A stretch of 49,443 bases of DNA, taken from the NCBI GenBank assembly GCA_002633005.1, contig NMRA01000855.1:70472-119914 (forward strand), read 5' to 3'. Position 1 is the stretch's first letter, and each line of letters opens with the position of its first letter. Shown piece after piece: positions 35,701 through 46,501 of the stretch. This DNA is from Phoronis australis (lineage: Eukaryota > Animalia > Phoronida). The notes under the pieces were generated by a model. It was not told the DNA's origin. It saw nothing but the letters and a program-made list of their open reading frames with translations, and did not search any database. A program made the translations under genes and the position numbers.

Positions 35701-38700
35701 TTAGGTGCAAACTAAAATTTTGAGCTAGACACTTCAAATTGACAGGTCTGATTGGCACAGGTAATTCAATTCGTAATCCAAAGTTTCAGGTCATTTAATG
35801 CAAACATGGGGTCATTAAGTGCATTTTTCTTCTGAAAATTTGACCTTTTCAATCAGCAAGTATTCTGATGTGTCAACGTCAGACAACTGTGATTCTCAGC
35901 ATTAAACACATATTTCATGGGCTTTGCAATAATTCTCCTGAAGATGCTTAAAATGCACCGCATAAGGTCAATTAGTGCAAAGGTCATGTAACGTTCAAAA
36001 TGTTATTATATTTCTTACGTTTTTTGAGGAATTCTTTTCAATTTCAGCACACTGGGGTAAGTCAACATGCCAATTGAATACCCTACTTTACTTCGCAATA
36101 GGCTTAACCAATCAGAAAAGGTCAAAGGTCATTGAGTGCAAACTAAAATTTTGAGCTAGAGACTTCAAAATTACATATCTGTTTACTAAGAGCGATTGAG
36201 TTTGAATTCTAATTTTTCAGGTCATTTGGTGCACCCATGGGGTCATTAGGTGCATTTTTCTTCTGAAAGTTTGACCAATTCATTCATCTTGTATTCTGAA
36301 GTGCTTAAAGTACAACTGTGATTTTTAGCAGTAACCACACTTTTAATCGAGTTAACAATCACTCCCTCATCGGGGCTCATAATGCACCGGAAGAGGTCAA
36401 TTAGTGGAAAGGCCATCAAAAAATTAATGTGTAATTTGTCCTACAATTTTAAAGAATTCCTTTTCATATTGGTAAATGGGTTGCTGTCAGTAACTTCCCA
36501 TAGCAATTCCAGTAATACGCACGCGCAGAGTCCGTTATTTTCACGCCGTGACAATAATCTTTCTAGTTTTTATTCTTGTACACTTTGTCTGCCAAAATAC
36601 TTGGTTGTGGTTCAGAAAGTTTGTTTGCTGGCATGGTAGAGGATGACACTTGTTAACACTAATTTTAATTTGATTAGATGTTTGTAGCCTCCTCTTGTTT
36701 GTATATTTAAAAGAATGGGAAAGCACCTCAGTCTTATCGATTTCTAGTGTGCTATGCTCAAATTTGGTGCATGTCAACCTCCAGCATAGATTTCAATAGA
36801 TTCTGTATTTTGAGGTCTGGTCTGATGCCTGTTATTCAATGAAGAAAACTGGTACTCGATAGGCAGGATCCTTGGAAGTGACTTGTTGATTTTGTTATAG
36901 GCAGCAGCTTCTTCAGAGTTGCAATTACTGCAAAAGTCACTCCAGGAAGCGGAAGAAAAGTGTAATAAATTTAAGCAGTTGGCAATCAAAGGCAAGAAGG
37001 AGTTGGCTGAGGCAAAAAAGCAGGTTTGTTTTAATTGAAAAATCACACTTTATGACTTGTTTACGATTTATAATTATACAATTTTTACTTTTATCAGGAT
37101 CGATCTGAATGTTATAATGGCTGCAAAGTTGCATTTCGCCCTGTTTTGCTGGCTGAAAATGAAAGACTTTTTCTTCATGTAAAATGGGTCTCATAATATT
37201 CCTTACCATGGTAAGATTCTTTTCCATTACCAACAAGAACATCGAAACCACAAGCAAGTCGAGAAAACATTTCAAAGTTAAATGCAGTTGACCAGCCCTA
37301 AAACTGAATTCAAAAATGGCTCATGTAGGCATTAGCTAACCCTAAAATGTAAATTCGAAAATGGCACATGTTCACATTGCCCCTGTCTCACAGTAGAAAT
37401 ATCTCGCTGGTCACCATGTTACCCAAATGAAAGTGCAGTTTTCTTACTAATGATTGAAGCTTTGTTAAATCTTGGTTCACGGAGTAGTTGTCTGATGCAT
37501 TGTTCGTAACTTCTCAGCATTGCCATGCTTTGCTTGTAAATATTCAACGTTTTCTTTATTCGTCTTAGATTGAAAGCCTGACAAGTGAACTTGCTGCCTT
37601 GACACAAATGCGTGACAAATTGGAAATGGAAATGACGAAAAGTAGCGATGTCTCTAAAGAAGGCTATGATTTATTAAAAAATGAGCATCAGGTATGAAAT
37701 CATGAAATAAACCACTCTGTGTGCTGGTGACAGTAAAATTGAAGTGGACTGTCTTGTTAATGATAATGGTTTTTGCCTATTGAGTTCTTGCTTTGTTATT
37801 CAAGTGGTATTAAATGCTTTCACAATTACTCATTGGTGCAGATGATATATACTGAGCAATAAATCAGGTATTTTTTATTTAGAGGAACTGGTGATACTCT
37901 CTTATTTTTTGTAAATGGCTGGTGTGTTTATGTAATGTCAAGCAAAGTTTTGCTCTTTTCCTCAAGTTCCCTTTCATTGAAGTCAATTTTATACGGACTT
38001 TAATATTTTGACCTTCCTGTTGCTTTTAATACCGCACAATTTCTTCGTTGTTCCAGTCTTTAGTCATGGAGCACTCCTCTTTATGTGAAGATTTGGAGAA
38101 AAAATCACAGCAGCTGAGGTCTTTTGAAGAGGATCTGAAGAAAACTGTTAGCAGCAATGCCGACTTGAAGCAAAACATTTCAATGTTAAACGATGAGAAA
38201 CAGGAAATCATGAGACAATTACAGGCATGTGGCATGTTGAATCTTTGACATTCATTTTTAGTTGATGTGTAGTTTTTCAGATCCCAAAAATGAACTAATA
38301 ACTTCATGAGGCGAATTCAATGTCATTTTGAGGGCCCTCTTGGAAAGCAGTGCTATCACTGAAGAGGCCACCCTCATTTTAAATATCACAATAATAGATA
38401 AATAAATAAATAAATTATCCCATTTTTGGGGTCTGAAAAACTTCATTATGACTGAGGGTGAAAGTCAGTAATTGTTTTATATGATTAATAGATGGTGTTT
38501 ATGAGTTAAAGAAAAAGAGTTACTGCATTTTCCCTAATAAGCGCTCGAGTGCTTAATAGAAAAATTTGCTTCAGAGGGCGCTTATTGTAACCTAAGGCGG
38601 TTGAAACCCGATCTCCGAAACGGGTGAAATCAGAATTTGGAAACTGTAAGAAAGATTCAATCCATTGATAATTATGCAACGTCTGTTCTGAAAGGCTAGA

Positions 38701-41700
38701 CCATTGTGGGACACATTCCTCGCAAGATCAGCAAAACTGTTAGTCATTCTTTTTGATGCATGGTGGATGTTTGAAGTGTATAATCATGGCTAAATACCGA
38801 CACAGCGGCGAGGCTGGCGGTCCAGAAATTCCCTGCACAATTATAATTTTTCAGGACAGCCAGATCTTGTTTATAAGTTGAAGATATTACTGTAGAATTT
38901 TAGGACTGTAGGTAAGACATTTTTTGCAGTATACATGTTCATGGGTTGGGTGCTTATTTCAGCAGTCTGAAAATGCGTGGGGGGCACTTATGGGGGCATG
39001 GGCGCTTATTAGGGCGAATACAGCAAATCCTTTTGTTCATAAAATAAATTCCCTAACAGTGTAACAACATAGCAATGGATAGAGCAAAATAGATTGGAAA
39101 AACAGTCAACAATTTTATTGATTAAGAAGGAAAACAAAATACAAGAAATGGTCGTGTAAATATTTCAATATTATAATAGCACAACAGCTCATGATTTATT
39201 AGAAACATTTAAACATTATAATATGGTAACTTTTTTAATTGCTTTAGAATATTATAAGGAATAGTTGTCAAATAATTGCCAAAATGCAACTTTTCTTTTT
39301 TCAAAGTCCGAGTAACCTTAGCTGCTACTTTTGAATATTTTATCAGTCGTGCCCCAATAGTGTTTTAATGACACAGTACCAGACTGACTGTGTTTTGCTG
39401 GGTTATTGAAAGAGCAACTCGCACAATTTCTTGAGTTGGAAGGCAGAGGCCCTTTCCAAAGAAACTGACTTAGCTAAGACTAATCTTAAATTTCAGTCAG
39501 TTTGAAGATAAAAATTGTCTCAAGTCCATTTCAAGAAAGAGACTTAATTTTGGTCTTAATTTTGACTAATTTAGTGGATGTGGAAGTTTCAAAGTTTAGA
39601 CGTTGAGACAAATCTTAGTCCTAAGTCAAACGTGACCATACCGGAAAGTCAGTTTCTTGGAACGGACCCCAGGTTTATTGGTGCTTTAAGCCATCCCTAA
39701 TGAATGCTTTTGTCGACAGGATTTACAAAGTCAAGTATCTGAGCTGCAGAAGCAAATCAAGGAGAATCTATCTCAGATGGAGGCTGATCGTCTGCAGAAG
39801 GAACAGGCGGAGAAAGAGTTGAGCAAGGTCAGTTTGGCTCTTCTCAGCTCTGCGAAACATCCCTCAACTCCTTTGCTTTAGTCAAGCTACCCTCATAACT
39901 GGATTGTAATTTTGAGATCGTAACATTACAATTATAATAATTGTACTTATTTAATATGTTATGTTAGACTACAGTCCTTTGCTCTTAAGTGTTATGTTGG
40001 CCATTGAGGTGCCTTGATTAAAGATGCTAAAATTTCCAGACATTGGTAAAGCGATGGACCAGCTTACAAATCTCCTCCTATCCCCATATGATTATGCTCA
40101 CTAAGGACAGGGGTCTGTTTCAAGAAAAGTGACTTCAGACTACTGTCAGAAATTTTGTCTTACATTCTCATGCAAGTATGTCTAAGAAATCTAAATCTCT
40201 GAGAACATACGCATAACTGCGAGTTACTGAACGAGTTTCCATAAATTATATATAGACTGTGATGCATTCATATTTATTTGGCTAAAACTTTATTTAGCAG
40301 TTGAAGTGGGAGTGTAAGACCAAATTTGTGTCTTAATTCAGTTTTCACGAAACAGCCCCCCTGGGGTCTGATTCAAGAAGAGTGACTTATGCTCCACGCA
40401 ACTCTTTGTGAAAAGAATATTTCTCTTCAGTAGTTACAAAATCTCTTGAAAATATATCCATAAGGCCTTGTTAATCAGAAAATAAATGATTGCAAAACTG
40501 TGAAATGCTAAGAATTATGGGCTGGAAACACAAGACATGTCTTAAAAGTGTTAAGGCTCTTTTCAAGAAATTGGTTATGGTGATAAATTTGTCAGTCAAG
40601 TAGGCAGAAACTTGCTTGCTCATTGGAGAATGGTGCTATTTAATGATTAGAAACATAAGGTGCAATAAACCGTCCTGTCAATAATTTTATATAGACCACT
40701 TACAGTATTACAGTAAAAATTTGTCTCAAATTTTTTTTTACTTTAATGAAAATGTGTGCAAAAATATTGAGCAGCTAGCAGTAGGAGTTGAAGTAAAATA
40801 TCATTCAGTTCATCCTTTACTTAATACGTCGAGTATTTTTGTTGTCACATCAAATATTTCATGTAGTGTTTTTCACTCAATGCTATTGACTACAGGCGCA
40901 TGGTCAGTTGGCAGAGGTCAAGGGTGAAGTAGAAAAAGCAAGAGAGAAAAGCCTAGCTGACATCAAGGAACTTGAAACTAAGCTCAAGACTGCACACAAA
41001 GAGTTGGACAGTGTTAAAAAGGTAATTTGTTTGTCTCCATGCACGCATTATTATATGTATGCATTTTAATAGGTCCATAGAAAGCAAACGTTTGCGGGAC
41101 AGTCATGTTTAATTTCTTCAAACTCCCAACTCCACTGCTTCCTACGGCTCTGTTGGAATGTCTTGTCATCTGCCTCTAGCTGTTAATTGTTTTTCTTACC
41201 AGTTAACGAATTGCTAAATTGAAAAATAAAATGTCTGTTATACTTTCCATGACAGCCAAGTTTCTAGATTAGTACAACAGTGTATTCTGAGAATCAATTC
41301 ATTTTAAATTAGTTTTTTCATCCTATAATTTACATGACTTGCAACAGAGTTGCTTTCAATAATGAGTCTCCTGGAGATATACCTCAATGTAAACAGTGAG
41401 TATGCCGGGTGCTTATGAACTTTTTTGTGAAGCTATTCAATCACTTTCAGTGACTGCCCTTTTGTTGGTGTACACTAGTGGAGGAAATACTAACTAAAGG
41501 TTTTAAATTACTGTAGCACCTGCTTGCCAAACTCGCAGGATACAGAACGTTGCTGAACACACCTGTGGTTACTTGTATTTGAAAACTTGTGAATCAGACA
41601 GATGCACAAGGATTTTCTCACTTTTGAAACTTACAAAGATGAAGGTGTAAATATATCAAATACCGTATTCGCCCTAATAAGTGCCCATGCCCCTATAAGC

Positions 41701-44700
41701 GCTCCCCTCATGTTTTCTGACTACGCTAAAATAAGCGCCCAGCCCATGAACGTATACATGCGAAAAATGCCTTATGTACAATTCTAAAATTCTACAGTAA
41801 CATCTTCAATTTATCAAAAATATGCGACAGTCCTGAAAAATCATTGTGTGCAAAATGTCTATACCACGAGCCTCGCCGCTGTGTTGGTATTTAGCCGTGA
41901 CTATACACTTCAAACTTCCATAGTGCTTCAAAAAGAACGCAAAGTTTTGCTGATCTTGCGAGGAACGTATCCCACTATGGTCAGGCCTTTCGGAACAGAT
42001 GCAGCGTACTTGTCAACTGGATTGTATTGTATCTTTCCCGTACAGATCTCCCTCAATAGGAATCCAGATTTCTTTGTACACGTGAAAACCACGAATCGAA
42101 GACTAATAAAAAAATTGATTAGTGTTAAGAGCATGTGACCAGGAAGCGCGCGCCACATACATGTAAGCAATGAGATAAATATAGCTCATTGCATGGCAAA
42201 TGAACTCTGATGATACGCAGGCACTCGCTCACTCAGCACACACACGCAGACGAACTTCAATCAAACGTCACGTGACAACAGCATGTGTGTTCGTCCAGAT
42301 TTTACTCGTGTTGTGGGGTGCGATCTAGCGCAGGTTTGGACTTAATCTGCGGTTAATCCTGACTTCACAGGAATTTAAAAATCTTAGGAGCGCTATTTGG
42401 AAAACTTAAAGAGGATTTCAGGTAATTTGTTGAGTCGAAACTGTATTTTTATTCAAGAATTCAAGTTGCCCTATCGACGATCGCGAGGCCGCGACGCATG
42501 TCGGCAAGTTTTCACCCCGGGATTTCCGCACAATTTTCTGTAAAATGATCGAAAGTTAACAACAAATTTTGATAGTAATGCACCAACATTTTGTGAGAAG
42601 TCTGTCATAGGTTACAGATACGTCGCAGAGCGTAAATTTGATGAATCCTAGCTTCCCATTTCACCCGTTTCGGAGACGAAGTTTCAACTGCTTCAATAAG
42701 TATCCCCCAAAAGGAATTTTTTAAGCGCCCTGGGTGCTTATTAGGGTGAATACGGTACTGTAATACGTTTTCCAAGGTAAATGATATTGTGTGTTCACCA
42801 CTTCTGGTGTCACATGACAGACCACTCGGGAGACGTCTCACAGCCCAATGGCAGATATGAGGTAATTTGAAACACAGTTCACTAAGCCTGTTTACAGATG
42901 GTTTTTGATTCTCTCATGGATCAGCCTCTCCAGACACAACCAATCTCTCTCTTTCTAATGTTTCCACATCTTCTATATTACTTAATCTATATTTTGGTGG
43001 GCTGCATTTTAACTTACTTCATATCTGAGATCAGGCTGTTAGCTTTCTCTTTAGCTGCCTGTCATGTGATACTGATGGTGAAGAACACACCATATCGTTC
43101 AGCCAGTAGACGGTCTTGGGATAAGGCCAGAACATTGTGTTTTACAATAATTAAAGTTCCAGCATTTTAGTTATTTACATCATCTCCATGTTTGAGCCCC
43201 TGCTGGATAAGTCAAGACATTAATTAATGTATTGAGACTTTCAATCTGTCTTGGATGACAATCTTCCTCAGAATGGTAAAAATGCTGCTGTGGCAAGTCA
43301 GAGGCTGCACAACAAACTCTTGATTTGAAAATGTTATGTTTCCTTCTCTATTCATTACTCACACGTACATCCATTTAATTTTACTAAGTTCTCAAATGTT
43401 AATTCTTGTTAATGTTTTTTTAAGCACGATAAAGCTGTAAGTTGTTGCTTGTTAGACTCTAGTTGAATCCTAGTTTAGTTACATTCTCGAAGCAATCTAC
43501 AAATTAAAGACAGTGTAGAATATTTTTTTTCCATATTTTGCTGTATTGCCTTTAAACTACTGGTGAAAGTGATGGGAAATTTTGGTAGTTTTTGATCATA
43601 AGCTCATTTATCAAATAGCTGCGGTTAAAGATAAAAGCTGTACATCTGAAAATTTGATGAAAACCGTATTTCTGGCAGTTACATTATTTGCAACCACTTT
43701 CTGCATAATGAAAGATTAATGTAATGCGTTCTAAAGTGTTTGACGAATTTTTCAAATCATTGCAGCTATTGTTGGAGCTATTGATCACTGGCTTTGCTTC
43801 ATTTAGGTTACAAGTTAGAACATAATGTTAGTTTGGTTGCGGAAGATTCAGTCTTATTGGGTTTGTTGTCTGGTCTTCCAAATTCAAGACTTTGTTCAAT
43901 GAGATTTGTGTTTGTAGTATATTGCGCCAGTCTACAACTCCTGATCACTGATCCAATAACATGTCAGTTTTTGGAGGTTCTTGGAAAGTCTGTGGCGAAA
44001 TCATTAAAAATGCAAAATGAACTTTGAATTTCAACTTCTTTCAATACAGTTTGTTCCAGTTAAACTTGAGCTGTGCACTCACAGATCTGATTCACTCATT
44101 ACAGAACTAGTAATAACTCAATCTTGAAATACTTTGGTCAGTAAGTTAGTGATTCTTATGTTTCACCTGTATTGCTGGCCTAGACTTGGTGATTTTGCAA
44201 GATGCTACTTTGCTGGGCATGTCATAGACGGAGTTTTGTATCCATGATCGGCAGATTGTATAGTTCTGAGGATTTTATCTGCAATGTCTGGTAGTGGAAG
44301 CCTCCATAGTGTCGTTGAGTTTTTGTTGGCTCTTCTAAATTCTTTTCTGTGTACATTTTCATGAAAAAAGTAAGGATGTGTTTAGGTGCAGTTCGAAATG
44401 TGAGGCAAATCAATTGGTAAAACTATGGCAAGACAATCAAAAAGCATGAATGATTCTTTTTAAAGATTTATTTCTTACTATGTAATATGAAAAATTGCAC
44501 CAAGAAAGGCAAATGTATCACTGTGGTTGTGTCAAATGATGTAAACATCAGCCTAGAACTAAGACGTCTGGCTTTCTGCTTTAATAGCCTAAAACTAACA
44601 TTCAATTTTCTACTTTGTTTTTAACTAGTCTAAGACTAAGTGTCTTTGCGACAAAAAACTATGAACTTTCTGTTGTTATACATTTTACTTTAATCTGCAA

Positions 44701-46501
44701 TTTATTTATTTTAAGGATGCTAAGCAGAGCAATGTCATGGATTTAGAAATTGCCGAGTATGAGAAAACAGTGGAAACCTTACACGCAAAGATCGAAGAAC
44801 GAGAAATGAACATCCGCGATTTGCAAAGTGAGGTCACCAAATTGACTGAACAACTGAAAGCTACGGAGACAGATGTGGGTAAGTAGTTTTCAATTCACTA
44901 ACTCGTTTTCCTGTTTGACTGATAACTGAGGTTTAGAGTGTACTCATTATGCAGTTCCAGATTAAATAAAGACAAAAGTTACTGTGTCTGTAATATACGG
45001 CTGTTCACTGCAGATGCAGCAACTTTATATTATGGTTAGTAATTTTGAAATAGTTTTCTGTTATCACTAGTGAGGCACTTCTTTTAAGATGAGCTTTTGA
45101 CACTAGGTGTCAGAAGTATCATGGCACATTTGTCTGTAATAACCGCAGGAAGTCATCCATTGTTTCAGAGGCAAATTCTGTGGGAGACCACACAGAATAC
45201 TGCACAAATTGTATGTAGCTGTGACCAGAAAGTATTCTGAAATTTTAGAACGCCTTGTTCTTAATTTAACTTTATTGCAGAGCAGGAGAGTTTGTAATGT
45301 AAGCTGCTTGTATTTTACAAGTTGACCATTGCTTGGAAAACAAGCCTGTGTGTTTTTGAGTTGTGTGTGTTAATCATATCATGGGGAATTTTCTTGGTCA
45401 AAAATGTCTGATCCAAGTCTGTAATTTTGGGCTTTGTGGTGGTTATGCCAAACACTGTTTTGTTTTACATCATTCAAGAAGTTAATATTAGAACACCTTT
45501 GTTCTATTGTGTGGTCAGTCTCGGCTCAAAAGAATCAAGGATTGCCCAAAGTTGTGTTTTTTATGCATACAGGGCAATAGTCACATACAGAAGTCTCGCA
45601 TTTTGAAAACCAGACTTGACTGAATAACGGGCATTGAACTGGTTCTCAAGATCTGGGGATTGGGATGCTTGTGACTATTGGCCATACAGGCACGCCATCG
45701 TTGAATGCCGTTCTTGTTCTTGCAGACACCGCTGAGTCTCAGAAGGCTCAAGCCGAGGAAAAAGTTGCCAAAATGAAGCAACTTCTTGTCAAGGCCAAGA
45801 AGGAGCTAGCGGAGTCCAAGAAACTTGTGAGTGAAATTCAATGCACGAAGTGTGCACACAGACGCTATTTTGCAGGCTTTGACTCTCGTTCATTTTCCAC
45901 GTCTCTTAATAAACTGTTGAATTAATACTTATGACTTCTGACTAGTTTTACTTATTGTGGTATTGCATTCATTACTTTATCATTAAAGTGGTAAGTGGTT
46001 CCTTATGTATTACTTGTTTCAATGCATTGGTGAGATTACGATAGTTTGTTTGCGCATTGACTTGGAAAGTGAACATAGGATAAATGATGCTACATTCATT
46101 ATGCTGTTTACTGCATTTTTTGCTCTTTATAAAAATACAGAAAATTTTAATCAATTGAGTTAGTGATGTTGCCTCTGTCTTTCACGGATTTCAGCTTGGC
46201 TAGTGGTGTTATTGTGGCTCTGGCCAATAGGTGAGAGACAAACACAACATCGCTAACTCAAGAAGTAAAGCAGATTCTAGTATTTGACTCAATTTTTCTG
46301 TATTTTGTTACCTCAAGTGGATGTCTCAAAACTTTCATGCTATTTATAGAGCTAGTGAACTAACAAAACCCAAGATAGGTTGCCTGAAGTGTATTGTATT
46401 TACCTTAAATTCTCTTTATACAGGAGGGTGAACAAAGAACAAGTGACGCTCAGTTGCGTGGACAACTAGAGGGACTAGTTCAACAGAGTGAGGAGTATAA
46501 G
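26718..46501 (+). CDS. GCC2: GRIP and coiled-coil domain-containing protein 2 (GCC185 golgin), 5' ~1486 codons in 15 exons; 3' end incl. GRIP domain lies beyond the window
   Basis: Phase-consistent exons 26718-26750, 27538-27622, 27872-27933, 28608-28751, 29474-29578, 31101-31250, 32245-35133, 36901-37023, 37569-37691, 38057-38224, 39720-39827, 40896-41021, 44716-44878, 45726-45826, 46424-46501. KLDSLPREDLVKFVKKQTFLLQKTKAKCDE, DAKQSNVMDLEIAEYEK and KMKQLLVKAKKELAESKK match my recollection of human GCC2 (KLETLPKEDLIKFAKKQ.., DAQQTTLMNMEIADYER, KIKQLLVKTKKELADSKQ). Confidence 0.92.
27538..27622 (+). CDS. GCC2: GCC2 exon (LDSLPREDLVKFVKKQ...), 85 nt
   Basis: Conserved GCC2 N-terminal motif; aacag acceptor, G/gtgagt donor. 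Confidence 0.92.
27872..27933 (+). CDS. GCC2: GCC2 exon, 62 nt
   Basis: Strong polypyrimidine acceptor, AGG/gtaaga donor, phase 1-0. Confidence 0.85.
28608..28751 (+). CDS. GCC2: GCC2 exon, 144 nt
   Basis: STEVSEELSKLQDENTSL...RQNK coiled-coil; ttttag acceptor, AAG/gtttgc donor. Confidence 0.85.
29474..29578 (+). CDS. GCC2: GCC2 exon, 105 nt
   Basis: AMEEEIECLKMK...AEESQ; gacag acceptor, CAA/gtaggt donor. Confidence 0.8.
30421..30783. mobile_element. Kolobok-like MITE with TTAA flanks; right end also present at about 566-620
   Basis: ttgaccaagcaatc.caga.ataaggaattagc.tgcaagtt...ttaa shared between about 570-620 and 30737-30787; left end ttaa|agatgtatttgcatg is an imperfect inverse of the right end. 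Confidence 0.55.
31101..31250 (+). CDS. GCC2: GCC2 exon, 150 nt (alternative in-frame acceptor at 31086)
   Basis: EWKDQVEVLTLARD...NRLLE; ttgcag acceptor, GAG/gtaact donor. Confidence 0.85.
32245..35133 (+). CDS. GCC2: GCC2 giant coiled-coil exon, 2889 nt (963 codons)
   Basis: Contains the 944-aa ORF; E/K/L/Q-rich heptads; ctttcttgtag acceptor, AAG/gtaaat donor. Confidence 0.95.
35191..36568 (+). mobile_element. Helentron-associated (HINE-like) element, family B, with triplicated 56-bp 5' end and ~440-bp internal repeats
   Basis: Subterminal IRs actctgcgcgtg (35197) / cacgcgcagagt (36520), 5' hairpin, (TATTCT)n microsatellite near 35355-35383, 3' stem-loop ttattttcacgccgtgacaataa then ctagTT; aatgcaccg..aggtca unit starts at about 35498, 35952 and 36381. 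Confidence 0.8.
36901..37023 (+). CDS. GCC2: GCC2 exon, 123 nt
   Basis: ...EEKCNKFKQLAIKGKKELAEAKKQ resembles recalled human EEKINKIKLVAVKAKKELDSSRK. Confidence 0.9.
37569..37691 (+). CDS. GCC2: GCC2 exon, 123 nt
   Basis: IESLTSELAALTQMRDK...NEHQ; cttag acceptor, CAG/gtatga donor. Confidence 0.85.
38057..38224 (+). CDS. GCC2: GCC2 exon, 168 nt, ending at a GC donor
   Basis: SLVMEHSSLCEDLEKK...EIMRQLQ; ttccag acceptor; CAG/gcatgt is the phase-0 junction needed to join the next exon. Confidence 0.8.
38523..39023 (-). mobile_element. Internally deleted, inverted copy of the Tc2/pogo-like element
   Basis: Termini ta|ctgcattttccctaataagcgc ... gcgcttattagggcgaatacag; internal sequence is the reverse complement of about 41663-42040 (e.g. 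taaataccgacacagcggcgaggct vs agcctcgccgctgtgttggtattta). Confidence 0.85.
39447..39669. mobile_element. PIF/Harbinger-like MITE, CAG flanks
   Basis: aggccctttccaaagaaactgactt ... aagtcagtttcttggaacggaccc, flanked by CAG. Confidence 0.6.
39720..39827 (+). CDS. GCC2: GCC2 exon, 108 nt
   Basis: DLQSQVSELQKQ...MEADRLQKEQAEKELSK (cf. recalled human LEAEKLQKEQKIKE); AAG/gtcagt donor. Confidence 0.88.
40111..40570. mobile_element. Two abutting related Harbinger-like MITEs (40111-40360; second starts about 40364, degenerate)
   Basis: gggtctgtttcaagaaaagtgactt ... ttttcacgaaacagccc, then ctg|gggtctgattcaagaagagtgactt; CWG junctions; right boundary of the second copy uncertain. Confidence 0.55.
40896..41021 (+). 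CDS. GCC2: GCC2 exon, 126 nt
   Basis: AHGQLAEVKGE...HKELDSVKK; tacag acceptor, AAG/gtaatt donor. Confidence 0.88.
41663..42755 (+). mobile_element. 1.09-kb non-autonomous Tc1/mariner-superfamily (Tc2/pogo-like) element, TA TSD
   Basis: TA|CCGTATTCGCCCTAATAAGTGCCC ... GGGTGCTTATTAGGGTGAATACGG|TA; CCGTA termini with TA duplication; no transposase ORF. Confidence 0.88.
44716..44878 (+). CDS. GCC2: GCC2 exon, 163 nt
   Basis: DAKQSNVMDLEIAEYEKTVE...; G/gtaagt donor. Confidence 0.92.
45726..45826 (+). CDS. GCC2: GCC2 exon, 101 nt
   Basis: TAESQKAQAEEKVAKMKQLLVKAKKELAESKKL; ttcttgcag acceptor, CTT/gtgagt donor. Confidence 0.92.
46424..46501 (+). CDS. GCC2: GCC2 exon, 78 nt
   Basis: EGEQRTSDAQLRGQLEGLVQQSEEYK; tatacag acceptor, AAG/gtaata donor. 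Confidence 0.9.

Noticed and set aside
41848-42170. Transposase remnant in the Tc2/pogo-like element
   Set aside because: Short ORFs lack recognisable HTH/DDE motifs; the element is treated as non-autonomous.
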